Positions 24,191 to 34,943 of a DNA stretch of 64,000 nt are shown here, piece after piece (the first letter of the stretch is position 1; the number at the start of each line of letters is the position of its first letter). A program made the position numbers and the translations under genes. Under the pieces are notes generated by a model. The model saw only the letters and a program-made list of their open reading frames with translations, was not told where the DNA came from and did no database searches. Location: the NCBI GenBank assembly GCA_004431415.1, contig QPMI01000603.1, positions 1 through 64,000 of the forward strand, in the 5' to 3' direction. This DNA is from Cyanophora paradoxa CCMP329 (Eukaryota; Plantae; Glaucophyta).

Positions 24191-25561
24191 CTAAAGATTA
24201 ATTCTACGAAGACCTGAGCCATCTATAATGAGGAAACTATGCATGAGAGCGCGAACATTAACATCGATTACCTTATCTGAAGGCATGTAGAGGGTGAGGA
24301 ATGAAGATGAGGAATTTGTCAGGTCAACAAATCCACTTTGAGCGATATTTCGAATTGCCTTCTCTCCATCAATGCAGAAACTCATACCCGAAAGGACATA
24401 TTTATCTGCAACCTTGTCCATGTTAGAGCATTTGAAGGCATCAGCAATAAGCTCAGCACCTTTGAGTAGGGAAATTGGCTCAGTGGCATAAAGTCGCTGT
24501 CCATTAATTTCAACAGTGAAAGTAATATCTTTGGAGTTGGCATAGGTCTTAAGAACACTGTGGGAGCCATTGGATTTGTCAACAGTTTCATGATCACGAA
24601 CTGAAACAAGCAGAGCATATACAAGACCTGAGATTTGAGAGAGGTTAATTCGATTGGGTTGGGCATTGCCCTTGGCAGAGAAAGCACTAGCATCTACAAA
24701 TCCAATATCAAGGGAGGGAATAGCCATGCCAGTAGTCTTTACTTTTTCAATTACAGTAGCAAAAAGCTCATCAGAAACATTAATAGCATGCATGTAAAGG
24801 CGAGGAGAAGTAATAGAAATGACAGGGGTTGTTGCACCAAGAGTAAAGTCTGTGATGTTTTGACCAACATTTGCCAGAACAGTTTCAGCAGGGGCAGTTC
24901 CAAGACCATCATCTTTTGAATAATCTACATCAGCTGCTGCAACAGTAAGACCACGACCACCATAGGAAGTTTCAACATAACCCTTTCCAGCATCCTTAAA
25001 CCAAACAGTAACAACCATTTCACCAGATAAAGCACCAAGGGGAAGGTAGTGATTTAGCCAAGGCACAGGGATTTCAACAAAGAATGAGCCACCAAGGCGG
25101 TTGGTTCCATGAGCAGGAATGCCATGAACCATGCCCATTGATCGCTTCTTTTTAGCTAGTTGATCCTCCGAATAATAGACCAGGGGGAAATGCGCAAGGA
25201 AATCAGAGGGAATATGATAGGTGTAAGATCCATAGGTAATTTCAAGTCGCTGAACTAAAGCACCAACTGGGCGAGTGTATCCATTACGAACTAGGTCAGT
25301 GTCACCAGCAAAAGTGATGGCTGGAAGGTCGAAAGCAAGTTCGAGTTTTCCACAGAAATTGTAGCGAGGTAGCTTGAAGGAAATGCGATTTCCAACATTA
25401 TTCTCAAAAGTATTGCTGGGATTCACAACAACTAGAACTGGCTTAGACTTGGATTCGAGACCAAGCATAAGGGAGTTATCCAGGAAAAAGGCTTTCGCCT
25501 CCTCTGGGGTTGTTAGGGCTTCTTTCAGCGAAAGTCTTTGAAGAGTGGAAGTGATATCCAT
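24191..25561 (-). CDS. Major capsid protein (double jelly-roll, inferred) of outer PLV
   Basis: ~456 aa, between the ATPase and the mCPs; FKLPRYNF..LELAFDLP, IPVPW..YLPLGAL; visibly homologous to 31647-32873 (GFVDLTNSSSS vs GYQDFFNSSSS). Confidence 0.8.
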   Translation of the reverse strand: MDITSTLQRLSLKEALTTPEEAKAFFLDNSLMLGLESKSKPVLVVVNPSNTFENNVGNRISFKLPRYNFCGKLELAFDLPAITFAGDTDLVRNGYTRPVGALVQRLEITYGSYTYHIPSDFLAHFPLVYYSEDQLAKKKRSMGMVHGIPAHGTNRLGGSFFVEIPVPWLNHYLPLGALSGEMVVTVWFKDAGKGYVETSYGGRGLTVAAADVDYSKDDGLGTAPAETVLANVGQNITDFTLGATTPVISITSPRLYMHAINVSDELFATVIEKVKTTGMAIPSLDIGFVDASAFSAKGNAQPNRINLSQISGLVYALLVSVRDHETVDKSNGSHSVLKTYANSKDITFTVEINGQRLYATEPISLLKGAELIADAFKCSNMDKVADKYVLSGMSFCIDGEKAIRNIAQSGFVDLTNSSSSFLTLYMPSDKVIDVNVRALMHSFLIIDGSGLRRINL

Positions 25562-25614
25562 TATATTCTCTTTTATTATACTGCAACATAAAAAATCTAC
25601 CAATGATCCTTAAT

Positions 25615-26625
25615 TTATGCGAAGTTTGTAATAACTGGATAGGAAGGGTGAAGCTGTGACATTCTCATCTTAAAGTATTCATAAACTGGGTCTCCTGCTG
25701 GCTCATCACCATAGCGAATTTCAAAGGTCAGATGAACAGGTTGACCCTCAAAATCAATTGGTTCATTTACAGCATTAACAATATCAACCGAGAAAGTGGA
25801 TAATCCAACCTTTTTGTTATAGTATTTATAAAGTGGATGAGCCTCTGTTGAATTGTAAACAACATGCTCACCATAATCTTTGTCAGGAACCACTATTTTA
25901 TGGAAGTAACCAGTCAGAAGACCATCCCCACATTGAACCAGATCACCCAGCTCCTTTACTCTCACAAACAAAACACTGTCCCTGGTCTTCTCAGGCTCAA
26001 AAGAAGATATAATGCCATTCACTCGACCATCAGTAAAGATTCCATCAGTGAGAGCATCATAGACCTGTGATTGGATTGGGGAGTTACCATATCTTCCAGG
26101 ATCAAGACCCAGCAGTCTAGCTGAACTCAACAGCTTTTGGATTGTTTGTTGGCTTGGGTTCACAGCTACTGAGAAAGCCAAGTAAAATGGTACTGCTGAG
26201 TGGAATATAATTCGTTTCAGTGATTCATCCCATTTGCAGCGAATGGATGGTTGGGGATTTCTGCCTTCGAATTTAGAGTTAATTACATTCACCAGCTGCT
26301 GGTGGCTTTGGATGGGGGTGTTTCGACTTATAATGAATTGTTTCCATTGTTCATAGTCAGCAGCTGGGCGAACTGTTGGAATTCCTGAGCTTCCAGCTCC
26401 AGGAGTTTGTTCAGAATAATAAATGCTAAATGCATTGTCAACTGTGACATCTCCTGCTTTGGTTTCACCACTCACCATAGGGATACTGTTATAAAATTCG
26501 GCTGAGACCAGTCTCACAGCCCTCACATTCTCATAACTACTGGGGAGTCTAGCCACAAAGCTTGATGTGGGACCATCACCAGAGATTGTATTAAATGAGC
26601 TAACCTCGATGTAATCCACAGGCAT
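25615..26625 (-). CDS. Minor capsid (penton-like) protein 1
   Basis: N-terminal YIEVSS..SSFVARLP..NVRAVRLVSAEFYNS and C-terminal IVN..PIDFEG.PVHLTFEI pattern of PLV/virophage-type single jelly-roll proteins. Confidence 0.7.
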   Translation of the reverse strand: MPVDYIEVSSFNTISGDGPTSSFVARLPSSYENVRAVRLVSAEFYNSIPMVSGETKAGDVTVDNAFSIYYSEQTPGAGSSGIPTVRPAADYEQWKQFIISRNTPIQSHQQLVNVINSKFEGRNPQPSIRCKWDESLKRIIFHSAVPFYLAFSVAVNPSQQTIQKLLSSARLLGLDPGRYGNSPIQSQVYDALTDGIFTDGRVNGIISSFEPEKTRDSVLFVRVKELGDLVQCGDGLLTGYFHKIVVPDKDYGEHVVYNSTEAHPLYKYYNKKVGLSTFSVDIVNAVNEPIDFEGQPVHLTFEIRYGDEPAGDPVYEYFKMRMSQLHPSYPVITNFA

Positions 26626-26654
26626 TCTTCTTTTATCTATATTTATATATTAAA

Positions 26655-27585
26655 ATGAATCGACTTGTTAATATTGATAGCAGGGATAGAAGCCAAGGAC
26701 AAAATGAAAACTCTTACAGGGTCACCCTCACAACTCCAGTAGAGAGACCAAGGGAATGCAGGGTTCTATATGCAGAGATTCCAAACAGTATCTATAACAG
26801 TGTGGGGACTGATCATTTAACAGTTGATTTTAACTACCAAGATGGTTCATATAACCAAGTGATCACACAACAAGTGTATCCCCTTCCCAGTGGCTACATC
26901 AATCAGGGTCATTTTGGGGTCACACACCCTTATAATTATGGGCTGAACTATTCAAGCTTCCAAACTATTGCAGGCAAAACAGTAGCTTTTGAGTTCAAGA
27001 TATTCTACAACCCAACAACCTATAAAGTGGAGTTTTACAGTAACCATGAGTTTCGTTTTATTGCAAGCAACCAGAGAATAGGAAAGCTTTTGGGTGTAAG
27101 TTCTACTGAATACACTAATGGGTATTATAGCACTCCTCCTGTTGGTGGATCTCCATATCGACCTGAGAACCTTTTAAAGTATGATGGCAAACCTATTACA
27201 CCTGATCACCCAGCATGGGGAATCACCTTCTCAGGACCCAGACTCTCCTCTAAGCCCTTGCAATATTATTTTGACAGCAGGAAGATGTCTGATATGAATG
27301 CTGAGCAGTATCTGTACATGCATATTAAAGAGCTGTCCCCTTTGCCAGCAGACACAATATAATTCCAAAATCGCAACCACAAAACCAGGGAGCTATCCTT
27401 AGATTGCAATTGAGTAAAGATATAGGGGCTATGTTTACCATAGTGGTGAACATGCAGAATTTATTCAAATCAATGACAGAAACCTGGTGATAAGGGAACT
27501 CACTGTGGAGTTTAAAGATTACTTTGGTGAACTGATTGATATGAATGGAATCGATAATTCTTTTCAGTTGGAGTTTATCGAATAA
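26655..27585 (+). CDS. Minor capsid (penton-like) protein 2, frameshifted near 27350-27480
   Basis: LVNIDSRDR..YRVTL..AEIPNS; C-terminus LTVEFKDYFGELIDMNGIDNSFQLEFIE* continues in another frame to 27585. Confidence 0.72.
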
Positions 27586-29109
27586 AGGCACCTGTAAAGT
27601 CAACTCTCATTGTGGGAGCATTCACATACACAAGGGGATAAATGCGAATATATCTTATTCTCAGAGAATAACCTATGTAAAAAGCATCCTTGATGCTGAG
27701 AGGGAACCCACTCAATAGAGCCACATCACCAGAGTTGTGAGCATTGTTAATGTTCTCACAGACATATATTTTGTTTTGCCCATCTGATCGAATAAAAGAC
27801 CAGTTGATCCCATCAGTGGATGTTGCCACATTGAAAGTCTTAATAAAAGCATTGGTGTCCCCTGATCCATAGGCAATCACAGAGGAGAGTTCAAAAGTAT
27901 ATGGAAAAGCAACTTGAAGGTATTCAGTGGGGTTTTCCCATATCTGTTCAGGAGCATAGGCTCCAGCTTCCCAGCCAAATGCTGAAGGTCTAGCCATGAA
28001 AGGCTCTTTACCTGTCACAGAGGATGAGGCAGTAAAGGCATCATCTGCAAGCTGATACCAATTGGCATCCAAAGGAGGTGATGTAGTGAGAGTGGATGAA
28101 ATGTAAGCCTTTGAAGGGTTCTTCAGTTCATAGTTTGCTACTAGTAGGCTGCAAAGCTTATTAATCATATCATTGTTTGCTGCTATGTAGGTTTCAGTGA
28201 ATGCAAGCATGTCTGGGATTTTAGAAGTGTCATCCAGGGAGCTTACTATATGATTTGGAAGTGGGACTGATAGCCTATAGTATCTCCCATAATCCTGATC
28301 ATAGTTGTAGGGTAACAACTCCTCCATCTTATCAAGGGCAGAAAGCTCACTTGCAGCCATGAGCATGTTAATCAATGGGCTTCCATCTGTTGAGGCAATC
28401 CATGAGAGAATGCCCCAGCTGTTCACAGTCTCATAAGCATAACCCACATAATCAGACTCTAAATGTGGGTCCACCTCTCCACAAGAGATGCTTATTACTA
28501 TAATATCATCATCATCACTGTAAATCTTCTTTGCATGGCTGTAACCACACACACTGGGATTATTGTTTCCCGAAATGGCACCATCAATGAGACAGACAAA
28601 TACTCCCCGATTGAAATCAACAATGCTTACAGGAGAGAAATATGTAGGAGCAGCAGAGGTAGCCCTAGCAGCAATCTTACAAGGCAGAAAGCTGTAATTG
28701 TTATCATTTGTGATAAATATTGGTTTCATATTCTGAGTATCAAAGGATGTGATCACAATGTCCTTTAGGGAATCCTGTATTAGTGATTCCCCAGTAACTG
28801 AATTGATTGCAGTCTCCAAGGGTCCCACATCATACTTTGTGTTAAATAGGGCATTTTCAATGATATTTCGAGGATTTGCGAAAATCAAAGGCAGTTGAGT
28901 TAGGTAAATATTGTGTAAATCGTTTGCTGTCAGTTTAGGTTCACCTGGTCTATCAGGATGCCTTATATTCAAACCTATTGCAATGATCCCACCAGTGGAA
29001 GTTCCACTCACAAGATCCACAAGATCGATTATTCTCCTGCCAGTTCGATTTTCGATTTCTTTTAGCAGCCTGGTTATGATAATGCCCCTTGCACCCCCGC
29101 CAGAAAGAC
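27575..29109 (-). pseudogene. Patatin-like phospholipase fused to a C-terminal F5/8 type C (discoidin) domain; separated from its first codons by the nested PLV
   Basis: GGGARG, GTSTG and DGA patatin motifs; EYLQV..F..STDG.NW..IRYIRIYP..MRVDFTG discoidin pattern; native start lies at 41144. Confidence 0.88.
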
Positions 29110-29445
29110 AAAAAATGGTGTTTTGGGCGTTCTGCCCCACGACACCATTTATCGTCTCATATTTCACAAAATCTCAAAAATCCTTACCATAAGCCTATCT
29201 ATCGATTAATTTCACACGATATCCACACGATACACCACGATATCCGCACGATATCCACACGATAAACAGCAATACCACACGATATCCAAACGATAAACCA
29301 CGATATCCACACGATTACACACGATATCTCTCGATTGTCGTACTTTAATCGAAAAATATCCCACAAAAACTAATTACCATAAACCAAAATTTCAATTACC
29401 TGTATTCACCACATCGAATTCGTTTTAAACATATAAAGATTTATC
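29110..29445 (+). repeat. Left TIR of inner PLV, with terminal hairpin and tandem CACGATA(T/A) repeats
   Basis: Reverse complement of 40781-41116; AAATGGTGT..ACACCATTT hairpin; ~10 ACGAT-core repeats at 29214-29328. Confidence 0.95.
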
Positions 29446-29500
29446 GACAGACAAAAAATGACGTCCTTAAATTTAAAAAACGTTTTACTGAGTATCCACA

Positions 29501-29929
29501 ATGACAACCGAAACGTTTTCTGAATGCTATTTCGGGAATAATTACGATGATGAATCTTTCGGAATAATCAATAGTGTCTATAAAGGACTAAAAGAGTATA
29601 AAGGTGTTACACAGGAAATGATACATAAATGTTTCTTGTCTAACAGACTCGATGAATTAATCCATAAGAAAAACAAATATTTTTCTTGTCTTTCATACCA
29701 GAGGTTCAAAGCGAAGGGATTAGTTATTGGAAAAACACATGAAAAAGAAGTATCCGATAAATTCGAAATACTCGATGATAATCATTGTGCATACTGTAAA
29801 CATAATAACTTTGGTAAAAATATGTTACGCTCACCAGATTGTTGTGTTTGCTATAAAGTAATATGCAAGAACTGTGCTTATTTAGCCAAAGATGGTGTTT
29901 ATGAAGAAGTTCACACAAACTGTCGCTAA
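29501..29929 (+). CDS. Hypothetical protein with C-terminal Cys-rich Zn-finger-like region
   Basis: CAYC..CCVC..CKNC..HTNC; preceded by CAAAAAATGACG. Confidence 0.65.
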   Translation: MTTETFSECYFGNNYDDESFGIINSVYKGLKEYKGVTQEMIHKCFLSNRLDELIHKKNKYFSCLSYQRFKAKGLVIGKTHEKEVSDKFEILDDNHCAYCKHNNFGKNMLRSPDCCVCYKVICKNCAYLAKDGVYEEVHTNCR

Positions 29930-29978
29930 ACCGAGCAAAAAATGACGCCCCGCAAAAACAAAACCACAACCTGTAACC

Positions 29979-30266
29979 ATGGCGATTACAAAAGAATATT
30001 TCGCGAATCATTTGGGATTTTACGTTAATCCTGATTTATCGGAAGAAGAACGCATAAAAGCAATAACAGATAAGGTGTTTACCGATACAACCGGGTGTAA
30101 TCTTTCGAAGGTTTCAAGTTCAGCAAGAAAAGCAATTAGAAAAGCAAACGAAACCTACATACAACCATCGTATAATGAAACTATCAATTTAGCAGAAGCC
30201 CGACATGATCGTAATTTAATGAAATTGAAGTTAAGAAAGAAGCTTGAAGCTCGCAAGAACCAGTAA
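29979..30266 (+). CDS. Hypothetical protein
   Basis: ATG ORF preceded by the CAAAAAATGACG motif. Confidence 0.55.
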   Translation: MAITKEYFANHLGFYVNPDLSEEERIKAITDKVFTDTTGCNLSKVSSSARKAIRKANETYIQPSYNETINLAEARHDRNLMKLKLRKKLEARKNQ

Positions 30267-30319
30267 AAAACACGCATTAAAAATTGATTACCTTTTTTAG
30301 AACTTAACAAATCTTACAA

Positions 30320-30799
30320 ATGGAACAAATCATTTATTTCGGGAATACCACACAAGAACCACCAAACTATTATGGTTGTTATCTGTTGCTCGTAACACCA
30401 TTTAACATTGAAAGAGCGGGATATAGAAACATTTTTGAGTTCAGAGATTGTGGAGCAAAATATGATGAAGATATTAAGTATTGGTATGTTACATATAAAA
30501 ATCATCGACTTCTTAAAAGGTTCCCAGTTGTTGACCCAGTAGAAGTTGACCCTGATTTTCATAATCACATAATGACCCTGAAGTTTCGTAAATATTTCGT
30601 TGGTGATATCAAGGTAAGATTACCAGAGTTCGAAGAAAAACGTATATTTACCCAGGCATCATTGCGTAAATACCTTAAAAAACAAGGCTCTTTATTTGAT
30701 AAGCGACACCGTTTATGGTATGTCACCGATCCTGAAAGTGAGATATGCAAGATCTTTAAAATGTTTGATTGTGAACATCTAACATCTCTACGTCGTTAA
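30320..30799 (+). CDS. Protein with two degenerate DUF5710-like repeats
   Basis: GAKYDEDIKYWYV and GSLFDKRHRLWYV resemble the GARWD..W repeats of 40422-40760. Confidence 0.55.
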   Translation: MEQIIYFGNTTQEPPNYYGCYLLLVTPFNIERAGYRNIFEFRDCGAKYDEDIKYWYVTYKNHRLLKRFPVVDPVEVDPDFHNHIMTLKFRKYFVGDIKVRLPEFEEKRIFTQASLRKYLKKQGSLFDKRHRLWYVTDPESEICKIFKMFDCEHLTSLRR

Positions 30800-31548
30800 A
30801 CCGTAATAGTCGTGGGTTCATTACTAATTCTTATTGATTCTCTCTTTTTTATCGCTCGTCTCTTTACAAACTTGCGAAACGCTTTCATGTCATCATCTGT
30901 TATAATTGCACGGTCTGTGTATACTTTGATGTCATAACCTTGTAACCCAGTTATAACGGTCTGATAATTGTAACCCCAAAGTCTATGTAGTTCTTTATAA
31001 GTCTTTTTATCTAATCCACCGTTATATTCATCGAATGCGCAGTTAAACTCTTTCTCATTTCCTAAGATGTTAAAGAATACCACAAATTCCACATTACGAC
31101 GAATGGTAGTAGAAATAGAACATATACGTTGGACATTGAAAATAACGGTTATACCATAATGTCTTCCGCTCGTTACCAGTTTGGATAACACAGCCGAATT
31201 ATGCATATCCAAATTAGATCCAATCATGTCATCTAAAATTATTACCAAACTATTACGCTTCTCATTGTTTTCGATTCGTTTCTTTTGCATACTAATTAGT
31301 TTCACTACCACATTATCATCCCATTCCTCATAGATGTTACCAGGATGAGTTATATCTTTGAATTGACCGGTAAACGCAGTGGAACTAAATACTACAATCT
31401 GATCGATCTTATCGCGCAGTTCATAAAGTAGATATTTACAATACGTTGTCTTACCAGAATTGGAGCGCCCGGCAAGCAAAAAACGCGAAGGTAATTTAGC
31501 AGTTTTAACCGGGTCGAATTCGGGAATATCATCTAAATCTATATCCAT
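30796..31548 (-). CDS. Packaging ATPase of inner PLV
   Basis: GRSNSGKT, IILDD, SGRHYGI..Q..IRRN. Confidence 0.92.
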   Translation of the reverse strand: MDIDLDDIPEFDPVKTAKLPSRFLLAGRSNSGKTTYCKYLLYELRDKIDQIVVFSSTAFTGQFKDITHPGNIYEEWDDNVVVKLISMQKKRIENNEKRNSLVIILDDMIGSNLDMHNSAVLSKLVTSGRHYGITVIFNVQRICSISTTIRRNVEFVVFFNILGNEKEFNCAFDEYNGGLDKKTYKELHRLWGYNYQTVITGLQGYDIKVYTDRAIITDDDMKAFRKFVKRRAIKKRESIRISNEPTTITV

Positions 31549-31646
31549 TACTGTGTGTCCGTTACAGTAATAAGATAAAAAACAAAATCACACGCTAACC
31601 TATACGCGATTCGCAGGCTTCCTACTTTAAAGAAAGAAAAAGAACT

Positions 31647-32873
31647 TTAAAAGTTGGAAACTTTCAGTGTCGAAATGTTATAGCCATTGAGAACCATGAC
31701 ATTGTGACGGAGCGCGTAAATATCCACCTGAACCGGCGCCTCATCGGTGCAACCAGAAACTACAAGATCCATGTAAGAACTTGAAGAATTGAAGAAGTCT
31801 TGATAACCCATGACCGAATTATGGAGAGAATCCTTACCGCTCTTGCTTAGGACAACACCATAAACACATCCATCCTCAAAACCAAGATCAGAATTGCCCA
31901 CAGTGCATCCCTTGTAGTGAGACGGGATATGGTTTACAGCAGACAGGAAACCGCCAATAGGTTTGTTTGAGATTTCAAGCGATCGGTTGTTATGGAAAAT
32001 TTGGAACTGTTCAATTTTCACATTGGAATAGTAACCAGAAAGAGTCGAATGTGTGTATTTATCAAGCTCATTGGTTTCACGAACAGTCATAAGAATTGAA
32101 TGAACCAGACCGGAAACACTCGCAAGTGTAACCTCGACATTTTGCCCATCATCCGCCGCTTTAAGCGCTCGGGTCTTCTTGTGGATCACTTCCGTAATCG
32201 GGATGCGAATACCTCCTTGTTCATTCGCCGTCTTTAAGAGGTTCTCAGCTTCCGCAGAAGCAATATTAACGAATTGACAGATTAGCGCGCAATCACCCAT
32301 AGTGACATTTCCACCAGCAGGAACCAAAACTACTGAATTCTCGCGAAAATCTACCTCGATAGTGGGCATGTCCGCAAGAACGCAAAGGGGGAAATATGCA
32401 TCATCCCAGAATTGGGCAGGAATCTTAATGATATATTCCGTAGATTCGTCAGTGCTAAGGCGACTAATTTCACGGAAATATCCAAGAGAAGCGCGCATAG
32501 TAGCCATGGTTGCTGTGTCATTGTCTACCAGAGCATTAACAGTGATCCAATCACCAGGGATGATATACTTAAACCCACCATGGACAAAACGAACCTCTTT
32601 AATGTAAGAAGCGCCACCATTGGGAAGAGTGCAAGCAACACCACCACCGGTAGTAACCTTAAAGTAAAGCGAAACGCCACTTAGTAGTTGCTTGCGTGGT
32701 AGATCAAAATAAGCGGTCGTTTTGAAACCGAAAGTGTTACCACGTGGGCGAACCTGTTCAAGGAACGGCTTATACTTGGGGTTGGTTCCGATTTGAAGAC
32801 CGGGAGATAGATAAATTTGATCCGATCCGGGAGTAACGAGGAGTTCCTTTAAAGTTGTCCCAGCAAGCGACAT
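31647..32873 (-). CDS. Major capsid protein of inner PLV
   Basis: 408 aa next to the ATPase and mCP; YFDLPRKQLLSGVSLYF, YFPLCVL; homologous to 24191-25561. Confidence 0.8.
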   Translation of the reverse strand: MSLAGTTLKELLVTPGSDQIYLSPGLQIGTNPKYKPFLEQVRPRGNTFGFKTTAYFDLPRKQLLSGVSLYFKVTTGGGVACTLPNGGASYIKEVRFVHGGFKYIIPGDWITVNALVDNDTATMATMRASLGYFREISRLSTDESTEYIIKIPAQFWDDAYFPLCVLADMPTIEVDFRENSVVLVPAGGNVTMGDCALICQFVNIASAEAENLLKTANEQGGIRIPITEVIHKKTRALKAADDGQNVEVTLASVSGLVHSILMTVRETNELDKYTHSTLSGYYSNVKIEQFQIFHNNRSLEISNKPIGGFLSAVNHIPSHYKGCTVGNSDLGFEDGCVYGVVLSKSGKDSLHNSVMGYQDFFNSSSSYMDLVVSGCTDEAPVQVDIYALRHNVMVLNGYNISTLKVSNF

Positions 32874-32925
32874 GTCTTATGTTTAAAATACGAAAAGAAA
32901 TTTTTAAATTACATTATTAAACAGA

Positions 32926-33831
32926 ATGACGCGTTACTATCTTAATATTGATTCCCGGGATCGGGATGATGGAACCCCTACAAACTATTCTTATAAACTT
33001 CCCCATCCAATCCAAAATGTTAAAGCATGCCGTGTTACCAATTTCGAAATGTTTAATAACATTTACAATCTAAGCGAAAATGGAGCGCTTGTAACATCCA
33101 CACTCGATGGACAAGGAGTAACCAAAACGAAAAACAACGTGATTTCGAAAGGGACTTACACAGCGGATAGTTTGGTGAATTATCTAAATGCTCTTCTGAT
33201 ATCTCAGGTCTACGGTGCAGCAGGGACTACATACACCCGTCATTTCAATGTGTCTTATGATCCAATAACAATGAAACTAAGGATTATTGGTGAAGTAGCA
33301 TTTACCATACGTTTCGGTAGCATGATTTTAGCCAATTTCCTCGGTTTCCCGGATCCATCACTAAATGGCTCGGCGGGTGTAGGTTATCCATCTACTCCTC
33401 TCGATTCACCGCAGCAAGTAGGTGCTTATACTTATAATCACTATCTCGACAGTGTCATACCGCTCGACCTTTTGTTTAATTCTTACATCCTTCTACATGT
33501 CGATCCACTCAAAGGTAATTACGTAAGCAAGAATACCAGCGACGATAAAGCGTTAGCTAAAATTGAAATTGACCAGACGGTAGGTAGTCTCCTAAAATAC
33601 GATTCTACCAATAACTCTATGATCATCCATGAGCAAAACGGATTAGTGGAAGTTGAGACGCTTAAAGTGCGTTTGACGTATTGGAATGGTAACGAAACGG
33701 ACATTACCACGGATTGGTCAATGACTCTCGAACTGATCACCGAAGATGAAAAGGATCTTACAAAAGCGGCATTGAAAAACGTTATAAGGGATTTGGAAAA
33801 TGTCTATTTACCGTTTGGTCGTAATATGTAA
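32926..33831 (+). CDS. Minor capsid (penton-like) protein of inner PLV
   Basis: YLNIDSRDR..NYSYKLPHPIQNV..FNN; C-terminal LKVRLTYWNG..DWSMTLEL. Confidence 0.78.
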   Translation: MTRYYLNIDSRDRDDGTPTNYSYKLPHPIQNVKACRVTNFEMFNNIYNLSENGALVTSTLDGQGVTKTKNNVISKGTYTADSLVNYLNALLISQVYGAAGTTYTRHFNVSYDPITMKLRIIGEVAFTIRFGSMILANFLGFPDPSLNGSAGVGYPSTPLDSPQQVGAYTYNHYLDSVIPLDLLFNSYILLHVDPLKGNYVSKNTSDDKALAKIEIDQTVGSLLKYDSTNNSMIIHEQNGLVEVETLKVRLTYWNGNETDITTDWSMTLELITEDEKDLTKAALKNVIRDLENVYLPFGRNM

Positions 33832-33863
33832 TTTTGTATAATAAATTTGTTTCTTTAATTCAA

Positions 33864-34610
33864 ATGGCTCGTAAGACACAACCGAAGAATTTCTTAGCGA
33901 AACCCGTCGAACAAGCGGAACCGGAACGGAAGCATTACAAGAAATCGAAAGGAACCGCAGCATACGGAACCGCTGATATCGAAAAGAATATTAATAATAC
34001 GATTAATTCCAGTGCTGTGGCGCCAGTAGACGACATTAACGATGGTAACGCCTTAGTTGAGCAAGTGCCGCTAAACCGTATGCCGGGTGCAAAGCGTGGA
34101 ATTAAGAAAGGACAATTTAAGAGCGCGACAATCGATAAGGTCGATAAAAAGTCGACTCTTCTTAAACTCCTCGATGGTGGCGAGCGTCTGTATTCCACAT
34201 ATTCGGAAAAAGACCACCGTAACCGCTACTTTATCAGAGCAACCACCGGTGGACTAAAAACGATCACATACAAACACGCTAAAAGTCTCATTGATGGAAT
34301 CGCCGATGAGACACAAAAAGAGAAGAAGATAACGGAGCAACCGATAACCAAAGAGAAGGTAGACAAGAAACCCGATGTTACGTTTGATGTGCTACCCGAT
34401 CCTATTAAGGTTACCAAAGAATCGCCAGCGGAATTAATCGCTAAGACGATCGATTACCAAGAATCCAATAAAACGGATTTGCCGGTGTTAAATAAGTCAA
34501 TCTTGCGGGTTGCTACATCACAATCTGACCCGCTTAACTCCATTCCTAATGCGGCGCCAATGCTTTCCGGATTCGCTAAATTGGGTCTCCGTCCAGGCTA
34601 TCGCCGTTAA
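33864..34610 (+). CDS. Lysine-rich hypothetical protein (possible core/virion protein)
   Basis: ATG at 33864 (MARKTQPK); follows the mCP; basic composition. Confidence 0.6.
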   Translation: MARKTQPKNFLAKPVEQAEPERKHYKKSKGTAAYGTADIEKNINNTINSSAVAPVDDINDGNALVEQVPLNRMPGAKRGIKKGQFKSATIDKVDKKSTLLKLLDGGERLYSTYSEKDHRNRYFIRATTGGLKTITYKHAKSLIDGIADETQKEKKITEQPITKEKVDKKPDVTFDVLPDPIKVTKESPAELIAKTIDYQESNKTDLPVLNKSILRVATSQSDPLNSIPNAAPMLSGFAKLGLRPGYRR

Positions 34611-34943
34611 GGATCATTCTTACGTTAAAAATTTCTTTTCAAAGAATAGCGTTAAACATCCATCTCCGAATTTTAGCGCTCACGTTTACTTATTTTTATA
34701 AGTGGCGTTGTAGAGAAGTTGTGATATCCATGTATCACGCTTTTTAATCACCTGTTCTACGGGGTTCAATCGTAGAATCGAGGAAGCGAAGACTTTCGGC
34801 TTATTTTTCCGGCATCTTCTTATTATCGATGCGCAAAAAATGACGGTGGGCAAAAAATGACGATGTTCTAAGAAAACGTATAACCGACAAGAAAAAGGAC
34901 TTAAAGATTTCTTGCTATATATTAGAAGAGGAACAGCAAGAGA

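Noticed and set aside
29110-29167. TIR-derived in-frame N-terminus (MKYETINGVVGQ...) rescuing the patatin gene
   Set aside because: The start is GTG with an in-frame stop three codons upstream and no ATG, so it is unlikely to be used in a eukaryote; the true start is at 41144.
29214-29328. CACGATA repeats as a CRISPR-like array
   Set aside because: Units are ~9-11 bp with no unique spacers, are part of the TIR, and no cas genes are present.
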